The notes under the pieces are model-generated. The model was not told the origin of the DNA and did no database searches. It saw nothing but the letters and a program-made list of their open reading frames with translations. A stretch of DNA of 64,000 nt. Origin: Escherichia coli (GTDB lineage Bacteria; Pseudomonadota; Gammaproteobacteria; Enterobacterales; Enterobacteriaceae). Below, piece after piece: positions 53,704 to 64,000 of the stretch (its first letter is position 1; the number at the start of each line of letters is the position of its first letter). Position numbers and translations under genes: made by a program. Location: NCBI RefSeq assembly GCF_003790525.1, contig NZ_CP033635.1; one strand, written 5' to 3'.

Positions 53704-54696
53704 TTACAGCAGAGAAGGGACGCTCTCACGAACTGCCGCTGACCATACTCCACACTGAACCTGGCCGATATGCGGCAGTTGCAGCAGCAGCATGGTCAAA
53801 CGAGACTGGCCGATACCACCGCCGATGGTCTGCGGCATTTCACCGCGCAGCAGCGCCTGATGCCACTCCAGTTGCAGGCGATCTTCGTCACCGGTCAGCG
53901 CCAGCTGATGCTTCAGCGTGTCGGCATCAACGCGGATCCCCATGGAAGAAAGCTCAAACGCATCTTCCAGTACCGGGTTCCACACCAGAATATCGCCGTT
54001 CAGCCCCGCATAGCCCAGCTCTGACGGGGTGCTCCAGTCATCATAATCCGGTGCGCGCACGTCGTGACGATGGCCATCACTCAACTTGCCGCCAATCCCG
54101 ACGAGAAATACCGCGCCAAGATCTTTCGCAATCGCCCGCTCACGCCCTTTGGCATCAAGATTCGGATAACGAGACAGTAACTCCTGGCTGTGTACGAAGT
54201 GGATCTGATCCGGCAGGAACGGTGCCAGGCCAAACTCTTCGCTAACCGCAGCTTCGGTTGCTTTAATTCCCGCCCAGATCGCCTCTACCGTGCTTTTCAG
54301 AGTCGAGAATTGACGCTCGCCGTCGGCCATTACGCGTTCCCAGTCCCACTGGTCAACATAGACCGAGTGCAACGGAGAAAGACGGTCTTCATCGGGGCGA
54401 AGGGCTTTCATGTGCGTGTAAAGCCCTTCGCCCGCACTGAAGTCGTGTTGCCCTAATGTCTGACGTTTCCACTTCGCCAGTGAATGAACCACTTCGAACT
54501 GGGCATCAGGCAGAGCTTTCACTTTTACCTGCACCGCTTTTTCACAGCCCGACAAGTTATCCTGCGTGCCATCCCCCACACGGCTAAGAATCGGCGCCTG
54601 GACTTCAATCAGCCCTAAGCGTTCTTCCAGTTGACGGGAAAAGTGAGATTTCACGAAGCTAATTTGACGTTGTTTGGCAATGTAAGCGGTTTTCAT
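53704..54696 (-). CDS. asnA: Aspartate-ammonia ligase (asparagine synthetase A)
   Basis: 330 aa [41 protein letters not shown]. Confidence 0.96.
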   Translation of the reverse strand: MKTAYIAKQRQISFVKSHFSRQLEERLGLIEVQAPILSRVGDGTQDNLSGCEKAVQVKVKALPDAQFEVVHSLAKWKRQTLGQHDFSAGEGLYTHMKALRPDEDRLSPLHSVYVDQWDWERVMADGERQFSTLKSTVEAIWAGIKATEAAVSEEFGLAPFLPDQIHFVHSQELLSRYPNLDAKGRERAIAKDLGAVFLVGIGGKLSDGHRHDVRAPDYDDWSTPSELGYAGLNGDILVWNPVLEDAFELSSMGIRVDADTLKHQLALTGDEDRLQLEWHQALLRGEMPQTIGGGIGQSRLTMLLLQLPHIGQVQCGVWSAAVRESVPSLL

Positions 54697-54847
54697 TTTT
54701 TATACTCCTGCGTCCTGTTGATTAAGATTAAGCAACAAAAATTGGCCCTCATGCAATATTCATTCAATAAAAAGCCATAGTGACTTTTGATTCATTAAAA
54801 AATAAGGCTAAAATAGAGTGAATCATTAATTCTCATAAGAAAAACCT

Positions 54848-55306
54848 ATGGAAAATTATCTGATCGACAATCTGGACCGCGGCATCCTGGAAGCATTAAT
54901 GGAAAATGCACGCACTGCTTACGCCGAACTGGCGAAACAATTTGGTGTAAGCCCGGGGACGATTCACGTTCGTGTAGAGAAAATGAAGCAGGCGGGAATC
55001 ATTACAGGGGCGCGTATTGACGTCAGCCCGAAACAGCTCGGTTATGACGTAGGCTGCTTTATCGGCATTATATTGAAGAGTGCCAAAGACTATCCTTCCG
55101 CGCTGGCAAAGCTGGAAAGCCTTGATGAAGTCACCGAGGCCTACTACACCACCGGCCACTACAGCATCTTTATCAAAGTGATGTGCCGTTCGATCGACGC
55201 CCTCCAGCATGTACTTATCAACAAGATCCAAACAATTGATGAAATTCAGTCCACCGAGACACTGATCGTCCTGCAAAACCCGATCATGCGTACCATCAAG
55301 CCATGA
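54848..55306 (+). CDS. asnC: Lrp/AsnC-family transcriptional regulator AsnC
   Basis: 152 aa ORF MENYLIDNLDRGILEALMENARTAYAELAKQFGVS; divergent from asnA. Confidence 0.96.
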   Translation: MENYLIDNLDRGILEALMENARTAYAELAKQFGVSPGTIHVRVEKMKQAGIITGARIDVSPKQLGYDVGCFIGIILKSAKDYPSALAKLESLDEVTEAYYTTGHYSIFIKVMCRSIDALQHVLINKIQTIDEIQSTETLIVLQNPIMRTIKP

Positions 55307-55395
55307 TCGGCTTTTTTAATCCCATACTTTTCCACAGGTAGATCCCAGCGCGTTCACAGCGTACAATACGCCACTCTTAATAAAGGTGGCGGTTT

Positions 55396-55839
55396 ATGGC
55401 AGATATCACTCTTATCAGCGGCAGCACCCTCGGCGGTGCCGAATATGTAGCAGAACACCTGGCTGAAAAGCTGGAAGAGGCGGGTTTTACCACCGAAACG
55501 CTGCACGGTCCGCTGTTGGAAGAATTATCTGCCTCGGGGATCTGGCTGGTTATCAGTTCCACCCACGGTGCCGGAGATATTCCGGACAACCTTTCTCCTT
55601 TCTATGAAGCATTACAGGAACAAAAGCCCGATCTTTCTGCGGTACGCTTTGGCGCAATCGGTATTGGCAGTCGTGAATACGACACCTTTTGTGGGGCTAT
55701 CGATAAACTCGAGGCAGAACTCAAAAATTCCGGTGCAAAACAGACAGGCGAAACACTGAAGATCAACATCCTTGATCACGACATTCCTGAAGATCCGGCA
55801 GAAGAATGGCTGGGATCGTGGATTAATTTACTCAAATAA
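55396..55839 (+). CDS. mioC: Flavodoxin-like FMN-binding protein MioC
   Basis: 147 aa ORF MADITLISGSTLGGAEYVAEHLAEKLEEAGF; immediately adjacent to oriC. Confidence 0.96.
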   Translation: MADITLISGSTLGGAEYVAEHLAEKLEEAGFTTETLHGPLLEELSASGIWLVISSTHGAGDIPDNLSPFYEALQEQKPDLSAVRFGAIGIGSREYDTFCGAIDKLEAELKNSGAKQTGETLKINILDHDIPEDPAEEWLGSWINLLK

Positions 55840-55845
55840 GTATAC

Positions 55846-56127
55846 AGATCGTGCGATCCACTGTGGATAACTCTGTCAGGAAGCTTGGATCAACCGGTAG
55901 TTATCCAAAGAACAACGGTTGTTCAGTTTTTGAGTTGTGTATAACCCCTCATTCTGATCCCAGCTTATACGGTCCAGGATCACCGATCATTCACAGTTAA
56001 TGATCCTTTCCAGGTTGTTGATCTTAAAAGCCGGATCCTTGTTATCCACAGGGCAGTGCGATCCTAATAAGAGATCACAATAGAACAGATCTCTAAATAA
56101 ATAGATCTTCTTTTTAATACCCAGGAT
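55846..56127. other. oriC: Chromosomal replication origin oriC
   Basis: DnaA boxes TGTGGATAA (55862-55870), TTATCCAAA (55901-55909), TGTGTATAA (55937-55945), TTATCCACA (56042-56050); three GATC-initiated 13-mers of the unwinding element at about 56064-56107 followed by an AT-rich tract; 14 GATC sites in about 280 bp; flanked by mioC and mnmG. Confidence 0.95.
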
Positions 56128-56217
56128 CCCAGGTCTTTCTCAAGCCGACAAAGTTGAGTAGAATCCACGGCCCGGGCTTCAATCCATTTTCATACCGCGT
56201 TATGCGAGGCAATCACC

Positions 56218-58107
56218 ATGTTTTATCCGGATCCTTTTGACGTCATCATCATTGGCGGGGGTCATGCAGGCACCGAGGCCGCGATGGCCGCGGCGCGTAT
56301 GGGTCAACAGACTCTGCTTTTGACACACAATATCGACACTCTGGGGCAGATGAGCTGCAACCCGGCGATCGGCGGTATTGGGAAGGGACATCTGGTAAAA
56401 GAAGTGGATGCACTCGGCGGTCTGATGGCGAAAGCGATCGATCTGGCGGGTATCCAGTTTAGGATACTAAACGCAAGTAAGGGACCGGCAGTTCGCGCTA
56501 CCCGAGCTCAGGCGGATCGTGTGCTCTACCGGCAGGCGGTACGTACGGCGCTGGAGAACCAACCGAACCTGATGATCTTCCAGCAGGCAGTTGAAGATCT
56601 TATTGTCGAAAACGATCGCGTGGTCGGAGCCGTTACCCAAATGGGACTGAAGTTCCGTGCCAAAGCTGTCGTGCTCACCGTTGGGACGTTCCTCGACGGT
56701 AAAATTCATATCGGTCTGGATAACTACAGCGGTGGCCGTGCTGGTGATCCGCCGTCCATTCCGCTTTCTCGCCGTTTGCGTGAACTGCCGCTGCGCGTTG
56801 GTCGTCTGAAAACCGGGACACCACCGCGTATTGATGCTCGAACCATCGACTTTAGCGTACTGGCGCAACAGCATGGCGATAACCCAATGCCGGTATTCTC
56901 GTTTATGGGCAATGCGTCCCAGCATCCCCAGCAGGTGCCGTGTTATATCACTCATACCAACGAGAAAACCCATGATGTGATCCGCAGTAACCTCGATCGT
57001 AGCCCAATGTACGCAGGGGTGATCGAAGGTGTCGGCCCACGCTACTGCCCGTCGATCGAAGACAAAGTCATGCGCTTCGCCGACAGAAATCAGCATCAGA
57101 TCTTCCTTGAACCGGAAGGGCTGACCTCTAACGAAATTTATCCGAACGGTATCTCCACCAGCCTGCCGTTCGATGTGCAGATGCAAATCGTCCGCTCCAT
57201 GCAGGGGATGGAAAACGCGAAGATCGTGCGTCCGGGTTATGCCATTGAGTATGACTTCTTCGATCCACGCGACCTGAAACCGACGCTGGAGAGCAAGTTT
57301 ATCCAGGGGCTGTTCTTTGCTGGTCAGATTAACGGCACTACCGGTTACGAAGAAGCCGCTGCGCAAGGTTTGCTGGCTGGTCTTAACGCTGCCCGTCTGT
57401 CTGCAGACAAAGAAGGTTGGGCTCCGGCGCGTTCTCAGGCGTATCTCGGCGTACTGGTTGATGACCTGTGCACTTTAGGAACCAAAGAACCGTATCGTAT
57501 GTTTACCTCGCGCGCAGAATATCGTCTGATGCTGCGCGAAGATAATGCGGATCTGCGTTTGACTGAAATCGGTCGTGAACTGGGCCTGGTGGATGACGAA
57601 CGTTGGGCGCGCTTTAACGAGAAACTTGAGAATATCGAGCGTGAGCGTCAGCGTCTGAAATCGACCTGGGTAACCCCGTCGGCGGAAGCTGCAGCCGAAG
57701 TGAATGCTCACCTGACTGCGCCACTTTCCCGTGAAGCCAGTGGTGAAGATCTGCTGCGTCGTCCGGAAATGACTTATGAAAAATTAACCACGCTGACGCC
57801 GTTTGCCCCTGCGTTGACAGACGAACAGGCGGCGGAACAGGTTGAGATTCAGGTTAAATACGAAGGTTATATCGCGCGCCAGCAAGATGAGATCGAAAAG
57901 CAGCTGCGTAACGAGAACACCCTGCTACCAGCGACGCTGGATTACCGCCAGGTATCCGGTCTTTCTAACGAAGTGATCGCCAAACTTAACGATCACAAAC
58001 CGGCCTCTATCGGTCAGGCTTCGCGTATTTCTGGCGTCACGCCTGCGGCCATCTCCATTCTGCTGGTGTGGCTGAAAAAACAGGGTATGCTGCGTCGTAG
58101 CGCATAA
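56218..58107 (+). CDS. mnmG: tRNA uridine 5-carboxymethylaminomethyl modification enzyme MnmG (GidA)
   Basis: 629 aa [32 protein letters not shown] (FAD-binding GxGxxG). Confidence 0.96.
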   Translation: MFYPDPFDVIIIGGGHAGTEAAMAAARMGQQTLLLTHNIDTLGQMSCNPAIGGIGKGHLVKEVDALGGLMAKAIDLAGIQFRILNASKGPAVRATRAQADRVLYRQAVRTALENQPNLMIFQQAVEDLIVENDRVVGAVTQMGLKFRAKAVVLTVGTFLDGKIHIGLDNYSGGRAGDPPSIPLSRRLRELPLRVGRLKTGTPPRIDARTIDFSVLAQQHGDNPMPVFSFMGNASQHPQQVPCYITHTNEKTHDVIRSNLDRSPMYAGVIEGVGPRYCPSIEDKVMRFADRNQHQIFLEPEGLTSNEIYPNGISTSLPFDVQMQIVRSMQGMENAKIVRPGYAIEYDFFDPRDLKPTLESKFIQGLFFAGQINGTTGYEEAAAQGLLAGLNAARLSADKEGWAPARSQAYLGVLVDDLCTLGTKEPYRMFTSRAEYRLMLREDNADLRLTEIGRELGLVDDERWARFNEKLENIERERQRLKSTWVTPSAEAAAEVNAHLTAPLSREASGEDLLRRPEMTYEKLTTLTPFAPALTDEQAAEQVEIQVKYEGYIARQQDEIEKQLRNENTLLPATLDYRQVSGLSNEVIAKLNDHKPASIGQASRISGVTPAAISILLVWLKKQGMLRRSA

Positions 58108-58170
58108 CGCATTAAAAATGCCTGGTAAGCACCCGCTTACCAGGCAACGCATCAAGAACAGGTAATCACC

Positions 58171-58794
58171 GTGCTCAACAAACTCTCCTTACTGCTGAAA
58201 GACGCAGGTATTTCGCTTACCGATCACCAGAAAAACCAGCTTATTGCCTACGTGAATATGCTGCATAAATGGAATAAAGCGTACAACCTGACTTCGGTTC
58301 GCGATCCTAATGAGATGCTGGTACGCCATATTCTCGATAGCATTGTGGTAGCTCCGTATCTGCAAGGTGAACGGTTTATCGATGTCGGCACCGGACCAGG
58401 ACTGCCTGGCATTCCACTCTCTATCGTGCGTCCTGAAGCCCACTTCACGTTGTTGGATAGCCTTGGTAAACGCGTGCGTTTCCTTCGTCAGGTGCAACAT
58501 GAGCTTAAACTGGAGAATATTGAGCCAGTACAGAGCAGGGTAGAAGAGTTTCCTTCTGAGCCGCCATTTGATGGCGTAATTAGCCGCGCTTTTGCCTCTC
58601 TGAACGATATGGTGAGCTGGTGCCACCATCTTCCTGGTGAGCAAGGTCGTTTCTACGCGCTGAAAGGCCAAATGCCGGAAGATGAAATCGCTTTGTTGCC
58701 CGAAGAATATCAGGTCGAATCAGTGGTTAAACTTCACGTTCCGGCCCTGGATGGCGAACGTCATCTGGTGATGATTAAAGCAAATAAAATTTAA
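58171..58794 (+). CDS. rsmG: 16S rRNA m7G527 methyltransferase RsmG (GidB)
   Basis: 207 aa ORF with SAM-binding motif [13 protein letters not shown]. Confidence 0.95.
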   Translation: MLNKLSLLLKDAGISLTDHQKNQLIAYVNMLHKWNKAYNLTSVRDPNEMLVRHILDSIVVAPYLQGERFIDVGTGPGLPGIPLSIVRPEAHFTLLDSLGKRVRFLRQVQHELKLENIEPVQSRVEEFPSEPPFDGVISRAFASLNDMVSWCHHLPGEQGRFYALKGQMPEDEIALLPEEYQVESVVKLHVPALDGERHLVMIKANKI

Positions 58795-58881
58795 TTTTTA
58801 TCAAAAAAATCATAAAAAATTGACCGGTTAGACTGTTAACAACAACCCGGTTTTCTACTGATATAACTGGTTACATTTAAC

Positions 58882-58927
58882 GCCACGTTCACTCTTTTGC
58901 ATCAACAAAGTAACGTGGCTTTTTTTG
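58882..58927 (+). terminator. Candidate intrinsic terminator after rsmG (GCCACGTT ... AACGTGGC followed by T7)
   Basis: Inverted repeat with a long loop and T-run read from sequence. Confidence 0.45.
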
Positions 58928-59291
58928 GTAAGCAGAAAATAAGTCATAAGTGAAAATATCAGTCTGCTAAAAATCGGCGCTAAGAATCATCATTGGCTGT
59001 TAAAACATTATTAAAAATGTCAATGGGTGGTTTTTGTTGTGTAAATGTCATTTATTAAAACAGTATCTGTTTTTAGACTGAAATATCATAAACTTGCAAA
59101 GGCATCATTTGCCAAGTAAATAAATATGCTGTGCGCGAACATGCTCAATATGTGATCTGAAGCACGCTTTATCACCAGTGTTTACGCGTTATTTACAGTT
59201 TTTCATGATCGAACAGGGTTTGCAGAAAAGTCGCAATTGTATGCACTGGAAAAATATTTAAACATTTATTCACCTTTTGGCTACTTATTGT

Positions 59292-59319
59292 TTGAAATCA
59301 CGGGGGCGCACCGTATAAT
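59292..59319 (+). promoter_or_regulatory. atp operon promoter (-35 TTGAAA, -10 TATAAT)
   Basis: TTGAAATCACGGGGGCGCACCGTATAAT with 16-bp spacer, about 90 nt upstream of atpI. Confidence 0.8.
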
Positions 59320-59410
59320 TTGACCGCTTTTTGATGCTTGACTCTAAGCCTTAAAGAAAGTTTTATACGACACGCGGCATACCTCGAAGGGAGCAGGAGT
59401 GAAAAACGTG

Positions 59411-60615
<1,205 letters not shown>

Positions 60616-60643
60616 TTTACCAACACTACTACGTTTTAACTGA

Positions 60644-60918
<275 letters not shown>

Positions 60919-60962
60919 TAAAGAGCAATATCAGAACGTTAACTAAATAGAGGCATTGTGCT

Positions 60963-61433
60963 GTGAATCTTAACGCAACAATCCTCGGCCAGGCCATCGC
61001 GTTTGTCCTGTTCGTTCTGTTCTGCATGAAGTACGTATGGCCGCCATTAATGGCAGCCATCGAAAAACGTCAAAAAGAAATTGCTGACGGCCTTGCTTCC
61101 GCAGAACGAGCACATAAGGACCTTGACCTTGCAAAGGCCAGCGCGACCGACCAGCTGAAAAAAGCGAAAGCGGAAGCCCAGGTAATCATCGAGCAGGCGA
61201 ACAAACGCCGCTCGCAGATTCTGGACGAAGCTAAAGCTGAAGCAGAGCAGGAACGTACTAAAATCGTGGCCCAGGCGCAGGCGGAAATTGAAGCCGAGCG
61301 TAAACGTGCCCGTGAAGAGCTGCGTAAGCAAGTTGCTATCCTGGCTGTTGCTGGCGCCGAGAAGATCATCGAACGTTCCGTGGATGAAGCTGCTAACAGC
61401 GACATCGTGGATAAACTTGTCGCTGAACTGTAA
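60963..61433 (+). CDS. atpF: F0F1 ATP synthase subunit b
   Basis: 156 aa ORF (GTG start) with N-terminal TM helix and a long charged coiled coil. Confidence 0.96.
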
Positions 61434-61447
61434 GGAGGGAGGGGCTG

Positions 61448-61981
61448 ATGTCTGAATTTATTACGGTAGCTCGCCCCTACGCCAAAGCAGCTTTTGACTT
61501 TGCCGTCGAACACCAAAGTGTAGAACGCTGGCAGGACATGCTGGCGTTTGCCGCCGAGGTAACCAAAAACGAACAAATGGCAGAGCTTCTCTCTGGCGCG
61601 CTTGCGCCAGAAACGCTCGCCGAGTCGTTTATCGCAGTTTGTGGTGAGCAACTGGACGAAAACGGTCAGAACCTGATTCGGGTAATGGCTGAAAATGGTC
61701 GTCTTAACGCGCTCCCGGATGTTCTGGAGCAGTTTATTCACCTGCGTGCCGTGAGTGAGGCTACCGCTGAGGTAGACGTCATTTCCGCTGCCGCGTTGAG
61801 TGAACAACAGCTCGCGAAAATTTCTGCTGCGATGGAAAAACGTCTGTCACGCAAAGTTAAGCTGAATTGCAAAATCGATAAGTCTGTAATGGCAGGCGTT
61901 ATCATCCGAGCGGGTGATATGGTCATTGATGGCAGCGTACGCGGTCGTCTTGAGCGCCTTGCAGACGTCTTGCAGTCTTAA
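61448..61981 (+). CDS. atpH: F0F1 ATP synthase subunit delta
   Basis: 177 aa [35 protein letters not shown]. Confidence 0.96.
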
Positions 61982-61993
61982 GGGGACTGGAGC

Positions 61994-63535
61994 ATGCAAC
62001 TGAATTCCACCGAAATCAGCGAACTGATCAAGCAGCGCATTGCTCAGTTCAATGTTGTGAGTGAAGCTCACAACGAAGGTACTATTGTTTCTGTAAGTGA
62101 CGGTGTTATCCGCATTCACGGCCTGGCCGATTGTATGCAGGGTGAAATGATCTCCCTGCCGGGTAACCGTTACGCTATCGCACTGAACCTCGAGCGCGAC
62201 TCTGTAGGTGCGGTTGTTATGGGTCCGTACGCTGACCTTGCCGAAGGCATGAAAGTTAAGTGTACTGGCCGTATCCTGGAAGTTCCGGTTGGCCGTGGCC
62301 TGCTGGGCCGTGTGGTTAACACTCTGGGTGCACCAATCGATGGTAAAGGTCCGCTGGATCACGACGGCTTCTCTGCTGTAGAAGCAATCGCTCCGGGCGT
62401 TATCGAACGTCAGTCCGTAGATCAGCCGGTACAGACCGGTTATAAAGCCGTTGACTCCATGATCCCAATCGGTCGTGGTCAGCGTGAATTGATCATCGGT
62501 GACCGTCAGACCGGTAAAACCGCACTGGCTATCGATGCCATCATCAACCAGCGCGATTCCGGTATCAAATGTATCTATGTCGCTATCGGCCAGAAAGCGT
62601 CCACCATTTCTAACGTGGTACGTAAACTGGAAGAGCACGGCGCACTGGCTAACACCATCGTTGTGGTAGCAACCGCGTCTGAATCCGCTGCACTGCAATA
62701 CCTGGCACCGTACGCTGGTTGCGCAATGGGCGAATACTTCCGTGACCGCGGTGAAGATGCGCTGATCATTTACGATGACCTGTCTAAACAGGCTGTTGCT
62801 TACCGTCAGATCTCCCTGCTGCTCCGTCGTCCGCCAGGACGTGAAGCATTCCCTGGCGACGTATTCTACCTCCACTCTCGTCTGCTGGAGCGTGCTGCGC
62901 GTGTTAACGCCGAATACGTTGAAGCCTTCACCAAAGGTGAAGTGAAAGGGAAAACCGGTTCTCTGACTGCGCTGCCGATTATCGAAACTCAGGCGGGTGA
63001 CGTTTCTGCGTTCGTTCCGACCAACGTAATCTCCATTACCGATGGTCAGATCTTCCTGGAAACCAACCTGTTCAACGCCGGTATTCGTCCTGCGGTTAAC
63101 CCGGGTATTTCCGTATCCCGTGTTGGTGGTGCAGCACAGACCAAGATCATGAAAAAACTGTCCGGTGGTATCCGTACCGCTCTGGCACAGTATCGTGAAC
63201 TGGCAGCGTTCTCTCAGTTTGCATCCGACCTTGACGATGCAACACGTAAGCAGCTTGACCACGGTCAGAAAGTGACCGAACTGCTGAAACAGAAACAGTA
63301 TGCGCCGATGTCCGTAGCGCAGCAGTCTCTGGTTCTGTTCGCAGCAGAACGTGGTTACCTGGCGGATGTTGAACTGTCGAAAATCGGCAGCTTCGAAGCC
63401 GCTCTGCTGGCTTACGTCGACCGTGATCACGCTCCGTTGATGCAAGAGATCAACCAGACCGGTGGCTACAACGACGAAATCGAAGGCAAGCTGAAAGGCA
63501 TCCTCGATTCCTTCAAAGCAACCCAATCCTGGTAA
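61994..63535 (+). CDS. atpA: F0F1 ATP synthase subunit alpha
   Basis: 513 aa ORF with Walker A GDRQTGKT. Confidence 0.98.
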
Positions 63536-63585
63536 CGTCTGGCGGCTTGCCTTAGGGCAGGCCGCAAGGCATTGAGGAGAAGCTC

Positions 63586-64000
63586 ATGGCCGGCGCAAAA
63601 GAGATACGTAGTAAGATCGCAAGCGTCCAGAACACGCAAAAGATCACTAAAGCGATGGAGATGGTCGCCGCTTCCAAAATGCGTAAATCGCAGGATCGCA
63701 TGGCGGCCAGCCGTCCTTATGCAGAAACCATGCGCAAAGTGATTGGTCACCTTGCACACGGTAATCTGGAATATAAGCACCCTTACCTGGAAGACCGCGA
63801 CGTTAAACGCGTGGGCTACCTGGTGGTGTCGACCGACCGTGGTTTGTGCGGTGGTTTGAACATTAACCTGTTCAAAAAACTGCTGGCGGAAATGAAGACC
63901 TGGACCGACAAAGGCGTTCAATGCGACCTCGCAATGATCGGCTCGAAAGGCGTGTCGTTCTTCAACTCCGTGGGCGGCAATGTTGTTGCCCAGGTCACCG
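63586..64000 (+). CDS. atpG: F0F1 ATP synthase subunit gamma, 5' portion; continues beyond window end
   Basis: Frame starting at ATG ~63586 reads [34 protein letters not shown]; runs off the window edge so it is absent from the ORF track. Confidence 0.9.

Noticed and set aside
61847-63526. Long antisense ORFs opposite real genes: 559 aa opposite atpA, 307 aa (23037-23960) opposite ilvC, 246 aa (9517-10257) opposite wecC, 299 aa (56467-57366) opposite mnmG, 191 aa (5478-6053) opposite wzxE/wecE
   Set aside because: Each is in exact codon register with the sense gene on the other strand. That is the frame kept open when the sense gene avoids the rare codons TTA, CTA and TCA, so these are codon-bias shadows, not overlapping genes. 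None has a convincing ribosome-binding site or recognisable protein features.

Overview
This window reads as a contiguous stretch of Escherichia coli core chromosome, presented as the reverse complement of the conventional map, and I do not see an undescribed system in it. In window order it runs: yifK (partial) – the enterobacterial common antigen (wec/rff) cluster – rho/rhoL – trxA – rhlB – gppA – rep – a yifN-like ORF – ppiC – ilvC/ilvY – ilvADEMG-ilvL – comM – maoP(yifE) – hdfR – the rrnC ribosomal operon (16S, tRNA-Glu, 23S, 5S, tRNA-Asp, tRNA-Trp) – yieP – hsrA – rbsRKBCAD – kup – ravA-viaA – asnA/asnC – mioC – oriC – mnmG(gidA) – rsmG(gidB) – atpIBEFHA and the start of atpG. Every large ORF in the six-frame track maps to a known housekeeping gene, gene order is fully syntenic, and there are no transposase or integrase ORFs, CRISPR arrays or obvious foreign islands. 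The points worth a second look are modest: an intact, unpartnered PemK/MazF-fold ORF between rep and ppiC; an uninterrupted ilvG (so not a K-12 ilvG-frameshift background); and the replication origin itself with its DnaA boxes, 13-mers and GATC cluster. CDS boundaries come from the ORF track, trimmed to the conserved N-terminus where the track over-extends; RNA and regulatory coordinates were read by eye and may be off by 1-2 nt. No database search or alignment was run; gene identities rest on recalled protein and RNA sequences.
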